The position numbers were made by a program, and so were the translations under genes. Below are positions 52,992 through 63,187 of a DNA stretch of 64,000 bases, one piece after another. The notes under the pieces were generated by a model, which saw nothing but the letters and a program-made list of their open reading frames with translations, did no database searches and was not told the DNA's origin. The stretch is taken from the IMG/VR virus record IMGVR_UViG_3300046747_000551, positions 9,179-73,178 of that record, one strand, 5' to 3'. The DNA comes from a virus. Each line of letters begins with the position of its first letter. Within the stretch, counting starts at the first letter, position 1.

Positions 52992-53273
52992 TTAGTGGCG
53001 TTCCAGCGCCTTGACGCGCTCATTCAACGCGAACACCAGCGCGAGCAAAAGCTGGCTAGGATTTTCCAGGTAGTTGGCCAGCGCGTCCGCGTTGCCGGCG
53101 TCCACGAGGTCATTGAAGTCCTTGATGACGTCCGTCACGATGGTAAACTTGCGACCGTCGCCTCGGGTGAATTCCTGTGTGAATGCGGCTTCCAACTTGT
53201 TCAGCGCCGCACGCGCGTCTTGCGCGTTGGTTTTTCCACCGCCACGACCGGGGTTTGCTTTGGGCTTCGCCAT
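52992..53273 (-). CDS. Small hypothetical late protein
   Basis: ORF with AATTTT-ATG start; ends LNERVKALE coiled-coil. Confidence 0.55.
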   Translation of the reverse strand: MAKPKANPGRGGGKTNAQDARAALNKLEAAFTQEFTRGDGRKFTIVTDVIKDFNDLVDAGNADALANYLENPSQLLLALVFALNERVKALERH

Positions 53274-53277
53274 AAAA

Positions 53278-53697
53278 TTATTCGCACGCTGGGACTTTTA
53301 CTGTCAAAACTGCCGACGGGTCCGTGACTCCGAAGTCCCCGAACGCGCTCACCTGATAGAAGTAGGTGGCGTCCGCCACGACCTCTTCCATGAACACCGG
53401 GTCGTCAACCGACAGCACGTAAACAAACGGGCCGTCTGCGCTGTCCGACACAAAAATGTTGTAGCCGATGGCCCCCGACAGGGGTGTCCACGTCAGCGTC
53501 ACCACGCGCGGGCAATCGCTCACCAGCGCCGACAAGCCGACCGGACCATCCAGCGTGAGGATGGGCAGGAACGCCGGGATGGAGGTGCTCGAACCGCTGC
53601 CGCTCTCCGACGGACCCGGCTGACAAATCAACGGCGAGCGATAGTTGATTCGCAACTCGCGCCGCGTGATTCCGCGCAATGAATCAAATTGCATCAT
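53278..53697 (-). CDS. Fibronectin type III domain virion protein
   Basis: VTLTWTP..GAIGYNIF.S...GPF...TYFYQVSAF...G...PS. Confidence 0.75.
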   Translation of the reverse strand: MMQFDSLRGITRRELRINYRSPLICQPGPSESGSGSSTSIPAFLPILTLDGPVGLSALVSDCPRVVTLTWTPLSGAIGYNIFVSDSADGPFVYVLSVDDPVFMEEVVADATYFYQVSAFGDFGVTDPSAVLTVKVPACE

Positions 53698-55661
53698 AGC
53701 CCGGTTCCCGTCGAGATGATGATGGGCAGCGCCAGCTCCAGCTGCCGGGCCGCTTTTCGCCGTGCCGTCGTGGTCGCGATTTTGTCGGCGTCCTGCTGGC
53801 TGATGACCGATTCGCCGTAGCCGGTGCCCACTTCCGTGATGCCCTGCTCCGTAATAGTCACCGTCTGGTTGCTCGTAAACAGCGGGATGCTCGCGTTCAG
53901 TTCTTCGATGCTATCCGAAGATGCCCCGTCGAATCGGACGAAGTTTTGCTCTGGCCCTTCATCGACTTCGCAGCGTCCAGAGAGTTCTTTGTTCGGGCTG
54001 ACCGAGCCCGGGGTCCCCGGTGCAGGCTCCATATAAATGCGGACTCCGCGCACTGCACCAGGACCAGAGACCACAATGAGAAGCTGAAAAGATTCATCGA
54101 GAAAATCGAGTTTGAACGACTCCACGTCGCACGACGACAGGTCCTCGGCCGAGGCGAGTTCCTTGGCGTCCTGCGTGCGCAGGGGCCGCGTTTGTTTCTT
54201 GAACGCGAACATTTTTTCGCTGCTCTTGATTTTGTGTCCCTGACGAATGGAGCCACGCGGCGCCTCAATTCGTTTCGTCATCAGCCGTTTGTAGCGGCCC
54301 CTATACGGTCCGGCCCAGAAGACCGCAATGTCCACAGTGCCCGATAACTCGGACAAAAAGATGTCAGCGTAGCGCACGGTTTTATCCCGAAGCGGCACGT
54401 CCGCCGAGAACGCGCGCGTCTCGCCATACCACGTAATCGGGCAGCCGTCGTCCAGGCGGTCGGGGATGAACGCCTCCCACAACCGGTTCTGGCCGTCAAA
54501 ATCAGCGCTGGCGAAAAAGATTCGGTTCGAGCCGGCGAACACTCCGTAGAGCCACTCCACCGGGCGCGTCCCCGTCCACACGGAGTTCCAGGCGAAGGGC
54601 GATTTCTGGTCCTTCTTCTGCCACGTCGCGCCGTCCAGGCACCACGTATGCGTGTTCAGCTTGTCGCAGTAGGGCACCGACAGGAGCAGGTAGTTTTCGA
54701 AAAAGCCCGCGGCGATGCCGCTGAGGTCGCCCCCGAGCCGGGATTTGCTGTCCGCCATCTCGTTGTCTTCGTAGGGCGTGACGGACGTTTGACGGGTGAC
54801 CTCGGCCGCGTTGATGTTGGTCAGCCCGGTGGCGGCATACCACCACAGCAAGCCGTGCAGGAGCGCCACGGACCGCGGTGACACGCAACCCACTTCGGGG
54901 AACTGGACGAACTGAAAATTGGGTGTGTTAATCCACGTCGCGCGGTCGCGGATGCCGGACTGGATGAGCGTCGTGGTGTCCTGCGTGAAGACAAAGAGCT
55001 GGGCCAGCTCCGCGTTGGCGGTTGGCTCGGCCAGGGCGATAATTTCCCCGGGCAACGTGAAGGCCTCGACCGTGGCGAAATACTGCGGCTCCAAAAAGTG
55101 CTGCGGGTCGTAGAGGTCGCTCGCGAAAAGTTTTGCGCCCTGGGCCACCCACAGGCGGTCGCCGGACCAAGCCATCGGCCCGCCGAGCTTGATGTCCGCG
55201 TTGTGGAAGGCGTTGTAGCCGTCGAACACCGCCGGCGCGGTCAGACCGCCGTCCTGGATGATGACGAGGTTAATCGCGGGGATGAGCCGAATGCTGCCGT
55301 CATCGTTGCGCGTCGTGGCCTGCTCGGCCTGCACGAAGAAAAGCTGCCGGGCGGTGGCCGAGAACTGAATCGCCAGCTGCCGGAAGGTCCGGTAAGGGTA
55401 GTCCGACAGATACACGAGCCCGTCCACCGCGAAAAGGATGGACTCGATGCCGACCTTGGGCCGGAAGACGAAGGCGCCTTGCAGGTTCCCCGGCGGCATC
55501 ACGAAACGACACCGATAACCGGGCCGGCACTGGAGGACCCCGCCGCGGTTGACCGCGTTGAGCGCACGCGAGTAGAAGCCGGGAGACAGCATCGCGGGGT
55601 CGGACATCGAGTCCATCCCGCCAAGGAATGTCAGCTCACCGTCTTCTGAACGCGGCGTCAT
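53694..55661 (-). CDS. Podovirus tail nozzle / stabilisation protein (P22 gp10 or T7 tubular B-like)
   Basis: N-terminal F.GGM...DP..L..G...A.N..NRGG.L..RPG, beta-propeller-like repeats, GCVSPRSV; position in tail module. Confidence 0.65.
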   Translation of the reverse strand: MTPRSEDGELTFLGGMDSMSDPAMLSPGFYSRALNAVNRGGVLQCRPGYRCRFVMPPGNLQGAFVFRPKVGIESILFAVDGLVYLSDYPYRTFRQLAIQFSATARQLFFVQAEQATTRNDDGSIRLIPAINLVIIQDGGLTAPAVFDGYNAFHNADIKLGGPMAWSGDRLWVAQGAKLFASDLYDPQHFLEPQYFATVEAFTLPGEIIALAEPTANAELAQLFVFTQDTTTLIQSGIRDRATWINTPNFQFVQFPEVGCVSPRSVALLHGLLWWYAATGLTNINAAEVTRQTSVTPYEDNEMADSKSRLGGDLSGIAAGFFENYLLLSVPYCDKLNTHTWCLDGATWQKKDQKSPFAWNSVWTGTRPVEWLYGVFAGSNRIFFASADFDGQNRLWEAFIPDRLDDGCPITWYGETRAFSADVPLRDKTVRYADIFLSELSGTVDIAVFWAGPYRGRYKRLMTKRIEAPRGSIRQGHKIKSSEKMFAFKKQTRPLRTQDAKELASAEDLSSCDVESFKLDFLDESFQLLIVVSGPGAVRGVRIYMEPAPGTPGSVSPNKELSGRCEVDEGPEQNFVRFDGASSDSIEELNASIPLFTSNQTVTITEQGITEVGTGYGESVISQQDADKIATTTARRKAARQLELALPIIISTGTGL

Positions 55662-55679
55662 GTCCCCTCAGTTCGCGGC

Positions 55680-55883
55680 TTAAAGGCTGCCGACGTATTG
55701 GCTGTAGTTTCCCTTGTCGTGACCGTTTTTCAGGCGGTCGATGCGGTCCTTGTCCTCAGCGTCCACGACCGAGTAGTCGAAGATGCCCTGCGGGGCCGGC
55801 TTGTTGGCGTTGGTTTTGGCCATCTCCTCGGCACCGCTGCCGGGGGGCATACCCTTGTCTTGTTTAACGTGGTCCATACACAT
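55680..55883 (-). CDS. Small hypothetical protein
   Basis: Fills the gap between tail genes. Confidence 0.45.
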   Translation of the reverse strand: MCMDHVKQDKGMPPGSGAEEMAKTNANKPAPQGIFDYSVVDAEDKDRIDRLKNGHDKGNYSQYVGSL

Positions 55884-56830
55884 CAGTCAACGTTCCAATC
55901 GTCTTTTTGCGAGATGCTGTTGCGGTCTTCGACCTGCATCGGCATCGCGTTCGGGCTGACGAGTGCGCCCTCTTGCTCAGTGAGAATCCGCGAGGCGTGT
56001 GCCTCGAATTGCATGCCATTAGCAACGTCGGAGTCCAGGTAAAACTTCACGGCCTTCATCGCCATGACAAGCGCGAAGCGACTGTGCAAAAGGATGCGCG
56101 TGTTGAGGCTCGTGATGTCGAAGGATTTCTTTCGATACACGATGCGGACCCACGGGCAGCCCCGCGAGATTTTGATGCGCCGGTAACGTGGATGGGTTTC
56201 CTCCGGGTCGTAAATCCCGATGAGCGTGCCAGAGCTGGACGAGTTGTCGAAGGTCGAGAGCCGGATGATGCCGGCCGAGGGACCCTTGACAATGTCCGTG
56301 ATGCGGGAGACCTCGGGGTCGGTTTTCGCCGGCACCGCGTAGCCGAAAATCGTTGGGACGAGCAGACCATCGGTCCAGACACCGTCCTCTAAAGTTTGCA
56401 GGGGCTTGTTCTGCTTGTCGAAGCCGAACACGCGCAGCTCCACACCAGAATCTTCGGGCTTGTCCACGAACGCGACGAGTCGCCCAGGGCAGACGATGTC
56501 CTTGTAGGTGACCGCGGGCAGTTCGTCAAACCACGAATAGTCGCAGCGGTTTTTGCAGTCGCCCGGGCCGTTCAGGTGGAACGAAAAAAGTTCATTGTGC
56601 CCGAGGGCGGGCCGGCCGGCGAGATTCACACCGAGGACCGTCTCCACCTCGCGCGGGAGAGTGACACATTTGTTCTGCACGCAGATGTCCAGCCCGCCGA
56701 CCAGCGGGTCGATGTCGCCCTTGTTCGCGAGCATGCGAATGGCGTCGGTCATCCAGCGAAAGAGCTTCTCCTCTTTGCAGATGCCGAACACATCCTTGGC
56801 GTCGTCGAAAATGTCCTTGGCCTGGAACAT
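55883..56830 (-). CDS. Probable head-tail adaptor (tubular A-like)
   Basis: Size and position upstream of the nozzle gene; CVTLPREVETVL motif. Confidence 0.5.
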   Translation of the reverse strand: MFQAKDIFDDAKDVFGICKEEKLFRWMTDAIRMLANKGDIDPLVGGLDICVQNKCVTLPREVETVLGVNLAGRPALGHNELFSFHLNGPGDCKNRCDYSWFDELPAVTYKDIVCPGRLVAFVDKPEDSGVELRVFGFDKQNKPLQTLEDGVWTDGLLVPTIFGYAVPAKTDPEVSRITDIVKGPSAGIIRLSTFDNSSSSGTLIGIYDPEETHPRYRRIKISRGCPWVRIVYRKKSFDITSLNTRILLHSRFALVMAMKAVKFYLDSDVANGMQFEAHASRILTEQEGALVSPNAMPMQVEDRNSISQKDDWNVD

Positions 56831-57159
56831 TAGTAAGCCTCTTTGTCGCTGACCTCGGCCGCGTGGCGGTCGAGCGCGTCGCTTCCGCTCTCTTCGGTCT
56901 CATCATCCGGCGTCGCCTCGTCGCCCTCTTCGACAGAGTCGATGGAACGAATTTCGAGGTCCACCGTGTAGCGCGGCTTGCCGCCCTGGCCCTTAGACTT
57001 CGACTCGTGCGTCTTGCGGAAGGTGACGGTCATCTCGCCGGAGTCCGGCAAGTCGTATTCCATCGGCCACTCCAAGTGCAGGCTCGGATACATTTTGTCG
57101 GGCATGGACGCCGTGCTCGGCCCGTCCATCTTATAGCCCAAATCCATCGGCATTTTCAT
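56830..57159 (-). CDS. Acidic hypothetical late protein
   Basis: MKMPMDLG start directly after late-type promoter at 57194. Confidence 0.6.
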   Translation of the reverse strand: MKMPMDLGYKMDGPSTASMPDKMYPSLHLEWPMEYDLPDSGEMTVTFRKTHESKSKGQGGKPRYTVDLEIRSIDSVEEGDEATPDDETEESGSDALDRHAAEVSDKEAY

Positions 57160-57190
57160 CGTGTAAGAAGTGTTGATTTTCAGCGGTTTG

Positions 57191-58396
57191 TCAATACATC
57201 TTGTAAACCGCCAACCCGGCCACCTCGATGGGGGTCGTGGCGTGGCTCCACCAGATGTTGAGAGTGTCCAGGCCCCCGGTCGATTCGTCGAACGTGGTCG
57301 ATTGCGTGGAGGACGCGCCGTCCCACCACCAGCCGTTGTTGAAGGTGGCCGTGTCCGGGTCGGCAACCACGTTGAGCAGGTTGCCCCAGTCCAGATTTTG
57401 CTCCGGCCCGCCAGCGCCCGTGCCCGATGCAGCCGGCCCCTGGACGAACATGGAGTAGGTCGTGCTGGCCCCGCCATATCGAAGCCGCTTGATGTCGAAA
57501 ACATTCAAGCAAAGCGCGGTGGACGTGGAGGGATAGCCCTTCATAGAGGAGGACCCGCCAAGGTCTGTCCAGGTCGCGTTCCGCTTCGTCATGCCGCCCG
57601 CAAACGTCGCGGCAAAAGTCGCGATGTCCGTGCCGGCCGAGAACGTGTATTGGTTCGAGTTGCCCACCCGCGTCGCGGCCCCGATGAAGTTCAGGCAGCC
57701 CGTGCTGCCGGCGCCGTTGGTGATGCCCGAGCAGAGCCCGAACGCAAAGTCGCCGGTGATGGTCGCCCCGCCGTTGATGCGCAAAAGTAGCGCGACGCGC
57801 AGCCGCTTCCATTTTTCCGCCCAGGCCATTTTCCGCTTGAATTCGCCAGGGCCGACCAGAGACAACCGTTTGTCCGTGCGACCGTCGTTCATGGTGACGG
57901 CCACAATGGACGCACCCGAGGCCGCACCGCTGCCACTCCATCCGGCGCCGCTCGAAAAGCTGGAGATGGCACCAGTCGCGTAATCGTCGAAGCTGTCGTA
58001 AGCATACGAGTCCGCCACGACGGCCGCAGAGCCGGAAGAACCCGACGGCCCGGTCGGACCTGTGGGGCCGGTCGCACCCGTGCCACCAGTTGCGCCGGTT
58101 GCGCCTGTAGGACCCGTCGGTCCAGTTGGCCCGTTCGCGCCTGTGGGGCCGGCCGCGCCCGTTCCGCCGGTCGGGCCGGTCGGTCCAGTCGGACCCGTGC
58201 CGCCCGTCGCCCCCGTGGGGCCGGGCGCGCCCGTCGCTCCGGCCGGACCAGTCGGCCCGGTCATTGCGCTCAGGTCGGTGACGTGCAATCGCTTGACCTG
58301 AATAACTCCGCCGGCATTGTAAGTTCCCACCAGCAGATGCCCGTCCTGATTGGTAGTGACGGGGGCCTGATTGAAAATGTCTTCGATGTCGCTCAT
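57191..58396 (-). CDS. Collagen-like fibre with globular C-terminal domain, paralog B
   Basis: (GPT/GAT)n tract; C-terminus [14 protein letters not shown] shared with the adjacent gene. Confidence 0.75.
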   Translation of the reverse strand: MSDIEDIFNQAPVTTNQDGHLLVGTYNAGGVIQVKRLHVTDLSAMTGPTGPAGATGAPGPTGATGGTGPTGPTGPTGGTGAAGPTGANGPTGPTGPTGATGATGGTGATGPTGPTGPSGSSGSAAVVADSYAYDSFDDYATGAISSFSSGAGWSGSGAASGASIVAVTMNDGRTDKRLSLVGPGEFKRKMAWAEKWKRLRVALLLRINGGATITGDFAFGLCSGITNGAGSTGCLNFIGAATRVGNSNQYTFSAGTDIATFAATFAGGMTKRNATWTDLGGSSSMKGYPSTSTALCLNVFDIKRLRYGGASTTYSMFVQGPAASGTGAGGPEQNLDWGNLLNVVADPDTATFNNGWWWDGASSTQSTTFDESTGGLDTLNIWWSHATTPIEVAGLAVYKMY

Positions 58397-59508
58397 TAGT
58401 AAACTTTCATTACGCCCATGCCGCAGATTTCCAGCGGATGCGCGCCGTCCCAGCGGATGTTCAGCGTGTCGAGGCCACCCGTGCTCTCGTCGAAGCTGAT
58501 GGTGTTGGTGACCGTGCCGGAAGCCGAACCGGAAAGGGTGACAATCGTGTCGTCCGACGCCACGCTGCCGTTGTTGGCGCTGTCCAAAAGCGCGTGCAGA
58601 ATCGCCCGCTTGCTGAGTGCGAACTCGGCCTGCGTCACGTTTGTGGAGCGCATGCCCCAGGAGAAGTTCACCGGCGTGGCCGGCGTCGCGGCAACCGGCC
58701 GGGCGACCTCCAGGAAAAGAATCGTGCGCAGAGCTTCGGTGGACGCGAATCGCCGGCCATCCGAGCCGGACCCGCTTCCCTGATTAACGGGGGCACCCGC
58801 CCCGCGTTTCGTGACGAATTGCGTGCTGACGCTCTGCGCGAAAAAGTCCGTCGTGGTGCCGTTCACAAACGCCCAGGAGTTCACGTTCGCGGGGTCGAAG
58901 TAAACGCCGATGGCGTTGTCCGTCGTCCCACCGAACGGGTTCGCCGTGCCGCTGCACAAACCGATGAAACCATCCGCCGTGAAGGTGGACGCGCCGTTGC
59001 AGCGGAGCAGGAGAGCGATGCGCAGGCGATGCCAGTCGGACCCGACGTAAAGTTTACGCGCAAACTCACCAGAGGTGAGGCTCAGCCTGCGTTCCGTGCG
59101 GCTGTTCGCGATATTGCGCTGGACGATTGTCCCGCCGCTCACGACGCCGGCAGCGTCCCAGCCGAAGCCGCCACTCGGGGCCACGATGGCGCCAGGGTCG
59201 TATTCCTCGAAAAGGTCCAGCGACAAGCCGTCGGGATGCACCCACTCGTCGGACGAGTTGGCGCCGTTCGCGCCCGTGGGGCCAGTCGGCCCGCTCGCGC
59301 CGGCCGCGCCCGTCGGACCCGTAGGGCCGTCCGCGCCGGGGTTGCCGGGAAGTCCCTGCGGACCGGCAGGGCCAGTCGCACCGAGCTGGTCGGGGGCGAT
59401 TTTCTTTGTGATGTAGGGCTTCTCGGCACCCTCGGGCTGACGTTCGGCAATGAACAGCCACCCGTCGGCAATCGCCTGCTGACCGGCTACGTAATCAGAA
59501 ACTTTCAT
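58396..59508 (-). CDS. Collagen-like fibre with globular C-terminal domain, paralog A
   Basis: Short collagen tract; [30 protein letters not shown]. Confidence 0.75.
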   Translation of the reverse strand: MKVSDYVAGQQAIADGWLFIAERQPEGAEKPYITKKIAPDQLGATGPAGPQGLPGNPGADGPTGPTGAAGASGPTGPTGANGANSSDEWVHPDGLSLDLFEEYDPGAIVAPSGGFGWDAAGVVSGGTIVQRNIANSRTERRLSLTSGEFARKLYVGSDWHRLRIALLLRCNGASTFTADGFIGLCSGTANPFGGTTDNAIGVYFDPANVNSWAFVNGTTTDFFAQSVSTQFVTKRGAGAPVNQGSGSGSDGRRFASTEALRTILFLEVARPVAATPATPVNFSWGMRSTNVTQAEFALSKRAILHALLDSANNGSVASDDTIVTLSGSASGTVTNTISFDESTGGLDTLNIRWDGAHPLEICGMGVMKVY

Positions 59509-59717
59509 TCGCGCAAATCGTCAATGATGGTCGCTCCGGACGACTCGTCCAGAATCGGGAACCCGTCTTCGTCTTGCAACACGTCATCCGTCTGGTTGAC
59601 GATGATGCGCGGCGGCAACGTGCGCCCAGGCAGGATTTTCGTCGCGCCCTTTGGATTGCAGGGCCGGGACAAATCCCCCTCGGTGTCGCGATGGAGCGGG
59701 TGCGTGCAATCTTTCAT
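59505..59717 (-). CDS. Small acidic fibre-associated protein
   Basis: MKDCTHP...[13 protein letters not shown]; ATGA overlaps on both sides. Confidence 0.55.
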   Translation of the reverse strand: MKDCTHPLHRDTEGDLSRPCNPKGATKILPGRTLPPRIIVNQTDDVLQDEDGFPILDESSGATIIDDLRE

Positions 59718-60877
59718 GCCAGTTTGATGAACATGATGTTCGAGCCGTCCTGAAAAATCGTCTGCGGCGCGGCCGCGCTGTCCGACATCACATGCACGTC
59801 GATGATTTCGTTGATGCCCACCGTCTGGACAATCGCCCAGACATGGATATACGTGCAGTGGTTGCTCCCGCCGGTGTTGAACAGTATGGTGTTCGTGTGC
59901 CGCCCGCCGTCCACCGGCGTCGCGGTCGTCTGATTGTTCAGGTAAAAATCCCACTGGTGGTTGTTCATGCTGGCCACGTCGTTCATGCAGCGAAAGCGCG
60001 CCAGCACGAAGTAGGTGCCAATGTCGGGGAGCGTGACCTCTGGGTCGTCAACGCCGAACGTGATTTTTTGGTCCGCGTTCGTCACAGTGAAGTCCGTCGC
60101 GCCGGTGATGACCACCTGCCCGTTGGAGTTCGTGGACACCGCACCAGTCGGCCCCGTCGGCCCCGTTGGACCGACCGCCCCCGTGGGGCCGGTTGGACCC
60201 TGCGCGCCCGTCGGACCTTGCAAGCCCGGGGCGCCCGTCGGGCCGGTAATCGTCAGACCGCGCGGCCCGCAGGGGAGCGCGATGGTGCCCGGGACCGTCA
60301 CCGGGTTCGGCGTCGGCACCGCTTCGATGAGCTGCGCGAATACCGAGTTGGATACCCGGCTCGTGACCATGTAATAGCCGGAGCCCGGGATGAAAATCGT
60401 CTGGCCGGGCGTGATGGTCGGCGAGGCGACGATGTTGAAGTTCACCGTGCCGCCGGGCGTGGGCTGCACGAAGGCGGTCAGGATAATCGTCCAGGCGTTC
60501 GCGCCGTTCTCGCCGGCCGCGCCGGTCGCACCGGTCGGGCCTTCTAGCCCATTGATGCCGTCGCGAAACAACCGCAGGAAATAGCACGCGAGGCCTTCAC
60601 CATCCGCGCGCGGGTTACCGGGCAGCCCGATGTCCAGGTTACACGGGAGGACCCACGTTACCTGTCCATCGATTTCAGTTTTGACAACCGAACCGAAAAA
60701 GGCATCGACGAAATTCTGTAGTGCGCTTGGGAGCGTCTCACAATCCGCACTATTCGGAGGGCACGCCTTGCAGGGGGAGCAGTTGGCCTGGGGGTTGCAG
60801 CTCGCGGGAAAAGTCGAGTTACAGTCCGCGCCGCCGCACCCGCCGCAGTCGCAATTGTTGCAGTTGCTGCACGACAT
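59714..60877 (-). CDS. Cys-rich N-terminus, collagen-like fibre protein
   Basis: [16 protein letters not shown]...; two collagen tracts; beta-rich C-terminal head. Confidence 0.75.
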   Translation of the reverse strand: MSCSNCNNCDCGGCGGADCNSTFPASCNPQANCSPCKACPPNSADCETLPSALQNFVDAFFGSVVKTEIDGQVTWVLPCNLDIGLPGNPRADGEGLACYFLRLFRDGINGLEGPTGATGAAGENGANAWTIILTAFVQPTPGGTVNFNIVASPTITPGQTIFIPGSGYYMVTSRVSNSVFAQLIEAVPTPNPVTVPGTIALPCGPRGLTITGPTGAPGLQGPTGAQGPTGPTGAVGPTGPTGPTGAVSTNSNGQVVITGATDFTVTNADQKITFGVDDPEVTLPDIGTYFVLARFRCMNDVASMNNHQWDFYLNNQTTATPVDGGRHTNTILFNTGGSNHCTYIHVWAIVQTVGINEIIDVHVMSDSAAAPQTIFQDGSNIMFIKLA

Positions 60878-60880
60878 ATT

Positions 60881-61408
60881 TTACTTTCCCAGAAGCGCAC
60901 TGAGTTGCCCTCGCAAGTTTCCGTGCCGGTGCGCGAAGAACCAGAGCGCCGCCGCTCCCGCAGCAACCGCGAGAATCAAAACTTCGTGCCCGACCACAAG
61001 GACGGGCAGCACAATCATGGCGAGGCCGGCGCCGGCGATAACCGCGGACGTGGTGACGCTTCCACCGACAAGTGCCTTGAGCGGGGGCCAGACCGCGCTG
61101 GCGGCGCCGAAAAGAAAAACGAGGATGCCCACCCACATCACCGGTCGCAGCGAGGACAGCTTGGCGCCCAGCTCGCGCGCCACGTCTTTCTGGGCCGCGC
61201 CGATTTTCGTATGGACTTCTTCGGTGGTGCCTTCCTGGCTGGTCGTCCGCTTGTAGTCCTGGACGGTTTCGTTAAGCGGATTCTGGGATTGCTTGACGGA
61301 AACCACCTCGCCGCTGGCCGACTTAATAGACGCGGACCCCGGCTTGAGCGGGAGCGTGCAGCCGGCGACCAGTGCGAGTGCGAGTGCGAGCGCGAGTAGA
61401 ATTTTCAT
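60881..61408 (-). CDS. Lipoprotein with three further hydrophobic helices; possible lysis (spanin- or holin-like) role
   Basis: Lipobox LVAG-C after a hydrophobic signal; C-terminal membrane segments. Confidence 0.55.
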   Translation of the reverse strand: MKILLALALALALVAGCTLPLKPGSASIKSASGEVVSVKQSQNPLNETVQDYKRTTSQEGTTEEVHTKIGAAQKDVARELGAKLSSLRPVMWVGILVFLFGAASAVWPPLKALVGGSVTTSAVIAGAGLAMIVLPVLVVGHEVLILAVAAGAAALWFFAHRHGNLRGQLSALLGK

Positions 61409-62214
61409 TAGGTGCCGATGAGCCCGTGGCTGGTGAGGTCTTCCAACAGCGCCTTCAGCCGTTGGGCTAGTTCCTCGGTCGTGACAGTCGTGGTTGCAAA
61501 GGTCGAGCGCGAGGAAGTCCCCGTCGCTGCGGTCCATCCAGTCTTGCGAGAGGTCACTACCTGTGTGCCGGCGACAGCGAATACCGCGCCATTGCGCGCG
61601 TCAACCTGGGCATTCGAAAGACGCAAAGCCTCCGTGGTGACGCCGTTCAAGGTGGGAAGGAATCGCAGGTGCGACGTGCGCGTAGCGTGTGTGGCGTCCG
61701 TCCACAGCGTGGAAAACCGGCACTGAAGTTGCCGGTCCGTAGTGCTAGAATCCGCGCGCATGTCGTAGGACACGCCGCAGTTTATCGCAGGAGTTCCGGA
61801 TGTAGTGTTGTGATACACCTCAAAAGCCGCGGGGGAAGTCCCGGTTCCCGTGTCCTCGATTTGGGCTTGCACAAACCCAACCAATAAATTGGCGTAACCC
61901 GAATCATCGCCCTTGCGAAGAGATACTTCCGCGATACCCACTCCAGAATCCTTTAGGGCGGGGTGAGTGGCGTTGGCCGGCCCGAGGAAAAGGTTGATGC
62001 CGGTGGGCAAGACCAAAGACCCAGTCAGCGTGGCGCCAGAGGGATTCACCGGCGTGTAGCCGAGGGCGCCCGTCACGTCCGAACCCGTAAGCGTTATGGC
62101 CCCCGAACGAGTGTTGAAAGTGAGGACGCCACTCGACACCCCCCCGTGAAGCAGAAGACAGATTTTCTTCAGTAACGTGTTGTCTGGGTCGTTAAAGCGA
62201 GGAGTCGTGTCCAT
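61408..62214 (-). CDS. Head or tail fibre protein
   Basis: VLTFNTRSGAITLTGSDVTGALGYTPVN fibre motif; C-terminal LAQRLKALLEDL..HGLI trimerisation-like end. Confidence 0.65.
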   Translation of the reverse strand: MDTTPRFNDPDNTLLKKICLLLHGGVSSGVLTFNTRSGAITLTGSDVTGALGYTPVNPSGATLTGSLVLPTGINLFLGPANATHPALKDSGVGIAEVSLRKGDDSGYANLLVGFVQAQIEDTGTGTSPAAFEVYHNTTSGTPAINCGVSYDMRADSSTTDRQLQCRFSTLWTDATHATRTSHLRFLPTLNGVTTEALRLSNAQVDARNGAVFAVAGTQVVTSRKTGWTAATGTSSRSTFATTTVTTEELAQRLKALLEDLTSHGLIGT

Positions 62215-62215
62215 A

Positions 62216-62365
62216 TCAAAAAGCGTTGTCTAGGAGCAGGGCAATGCGGTAGAGCAGCTGGTGGTCTGAGTCCCCAGGCTTGGCTTCCCCTCCAAGGATT
62301 TCCAGCCACTTACCCAGCAGCGTGTTCTCGGAGTCGCCCCATTTCGGTGACGGGTCCGGATACAT
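62216..62365 (-). CDS. 49-aa protein with duplicated P..GDS...LL motif
   Basis: Hand translation MYPDPSPKWGDSENTLLGKWLEILGGEAKPGDSDHQLLYRIALLLDNAF. Confidence 0.55.
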   Translation of the reverse strand: MYPDPSPKWGDSENTLLGKWLEILGGEAKPGDSDHQLLYRIALLLDNAF

Positions 62366-62568
62366 TAGGCCGGGGTGAGCGTGCAGTTCTGAAGCACGCG
62401 GACGCGGGCTTCATCGAGCGGCGTGGAGGTGCTCACGCTGGCGCCGACAACGGCAGCCGCGCGGACCCACAGGTCGATTTCCGCGTCGTAAGGGTTGGCG
62501 ACGATGCCGAGGTCCGCAGCGAGTTTTTCGCCGAGGCGTTGAACGGGGTCGTTGTAAACGTTGGACAT
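62365..62568 (-). CDS. Small hypothetical virion protein
   Basis: ORF packed in the late operon. Confidence 0.5.
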   Translation of the reverse strand: MSNVYNDPVQRLGEKLAADLGIVANPYDAEIDLWVRAAAVVGASVSTSTPLDEARVRVLQNCTLTPA

Positions 62569-62571
62569 GGG

Positions 62572-62775
62572 TCAGGAGTCTTTCTTGTCGTTCTTGTCGC
62601 GTCGCAAAGCCTGCGCCTTGCGGAAAATGTAGAGTGTGGTCACGGCGGCGACAGCGACTTGACCAATCAACACCAGCACGCCGAGGACGGACGTGGAAGT
62701 GTCGAGGAAAATGTTTGCGAGAGGCGAGCCGAACCCGACAGCGGATGCGGCGTAAACTTTGATGTTGTCGAACAC
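62572..62775 (-). CDS. Small membrane protein, holin candidate
   Basis: Hydrophobic helix followed by a highly charged tail RKAQALRRDKNDKKDS. Confidence 0.45.
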   Translation of the reverse strand: MFDNIKVYAASAVGFGSPLANIFLDTSTSVLGVLVLIGQVAVAAVTTLYIFRKAQALRRDKNDKKDS

Positions 62776-62844
62776 GAAAAAGGTTGGGGGCGGGCCGATG
62801 CTACCCTTAACCGAGGGAATACACCAGCCGCGCCCCCAGATTGG

Positions 62845-63045
62845 TCAGCTGATGGGCGTGTCGATACCGAGCGCGGTGACGAGCGCGTTATCGAAGTCCG
62901 ACCCGGCACCCTTGTCGGTGATGGCGGAGCCGCCAGCAATGAGGACCTCCTGCAACAGTCCGGAGACCGACCGGCCTTCGAGGCCAGTCAGGCTGAGGGA
63001 ATGTCCGAGAGCCAGGAGGGCGTCTTGAGCTTGAACGTATGTCAT
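62845..63045 (-). CDS. Small hypothetical virion protein
   Basis: First gene after the capsid gene. Confidence 0.5.
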   Translation of the reverse strand: MTYVQAQDALLALGHSLSLTGLEGRSVSGLLQEVLIAGGSAITDKGAGSDFDNALVTALGIDTPIS

Positions 63046-63074
63046 GGAATCAGTGGGTTGATTGTTGGTCACGT

Positions 63075-63172
63075 CAGCGTGGGGGGGGGTTTGCCACCCC
63101 ACCCCCCACCAAACAACGCTTGTGGTATTTTTGTTGTCCCGGCCGGTGGGGGGGCTTCCCCCCCCCCACGCC
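63075..63172 (-). terminator. Two G/C-tract hairpins downstream of the capsid gene (terminator or mRNA stabiliser)
   Basis: GTGG(G)n-AAG-(C)nAC and a second poly-G/poly-C stem. Confidence 0.4.
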
Positions 63173-63187
63173 GCCTACAGACCACGG

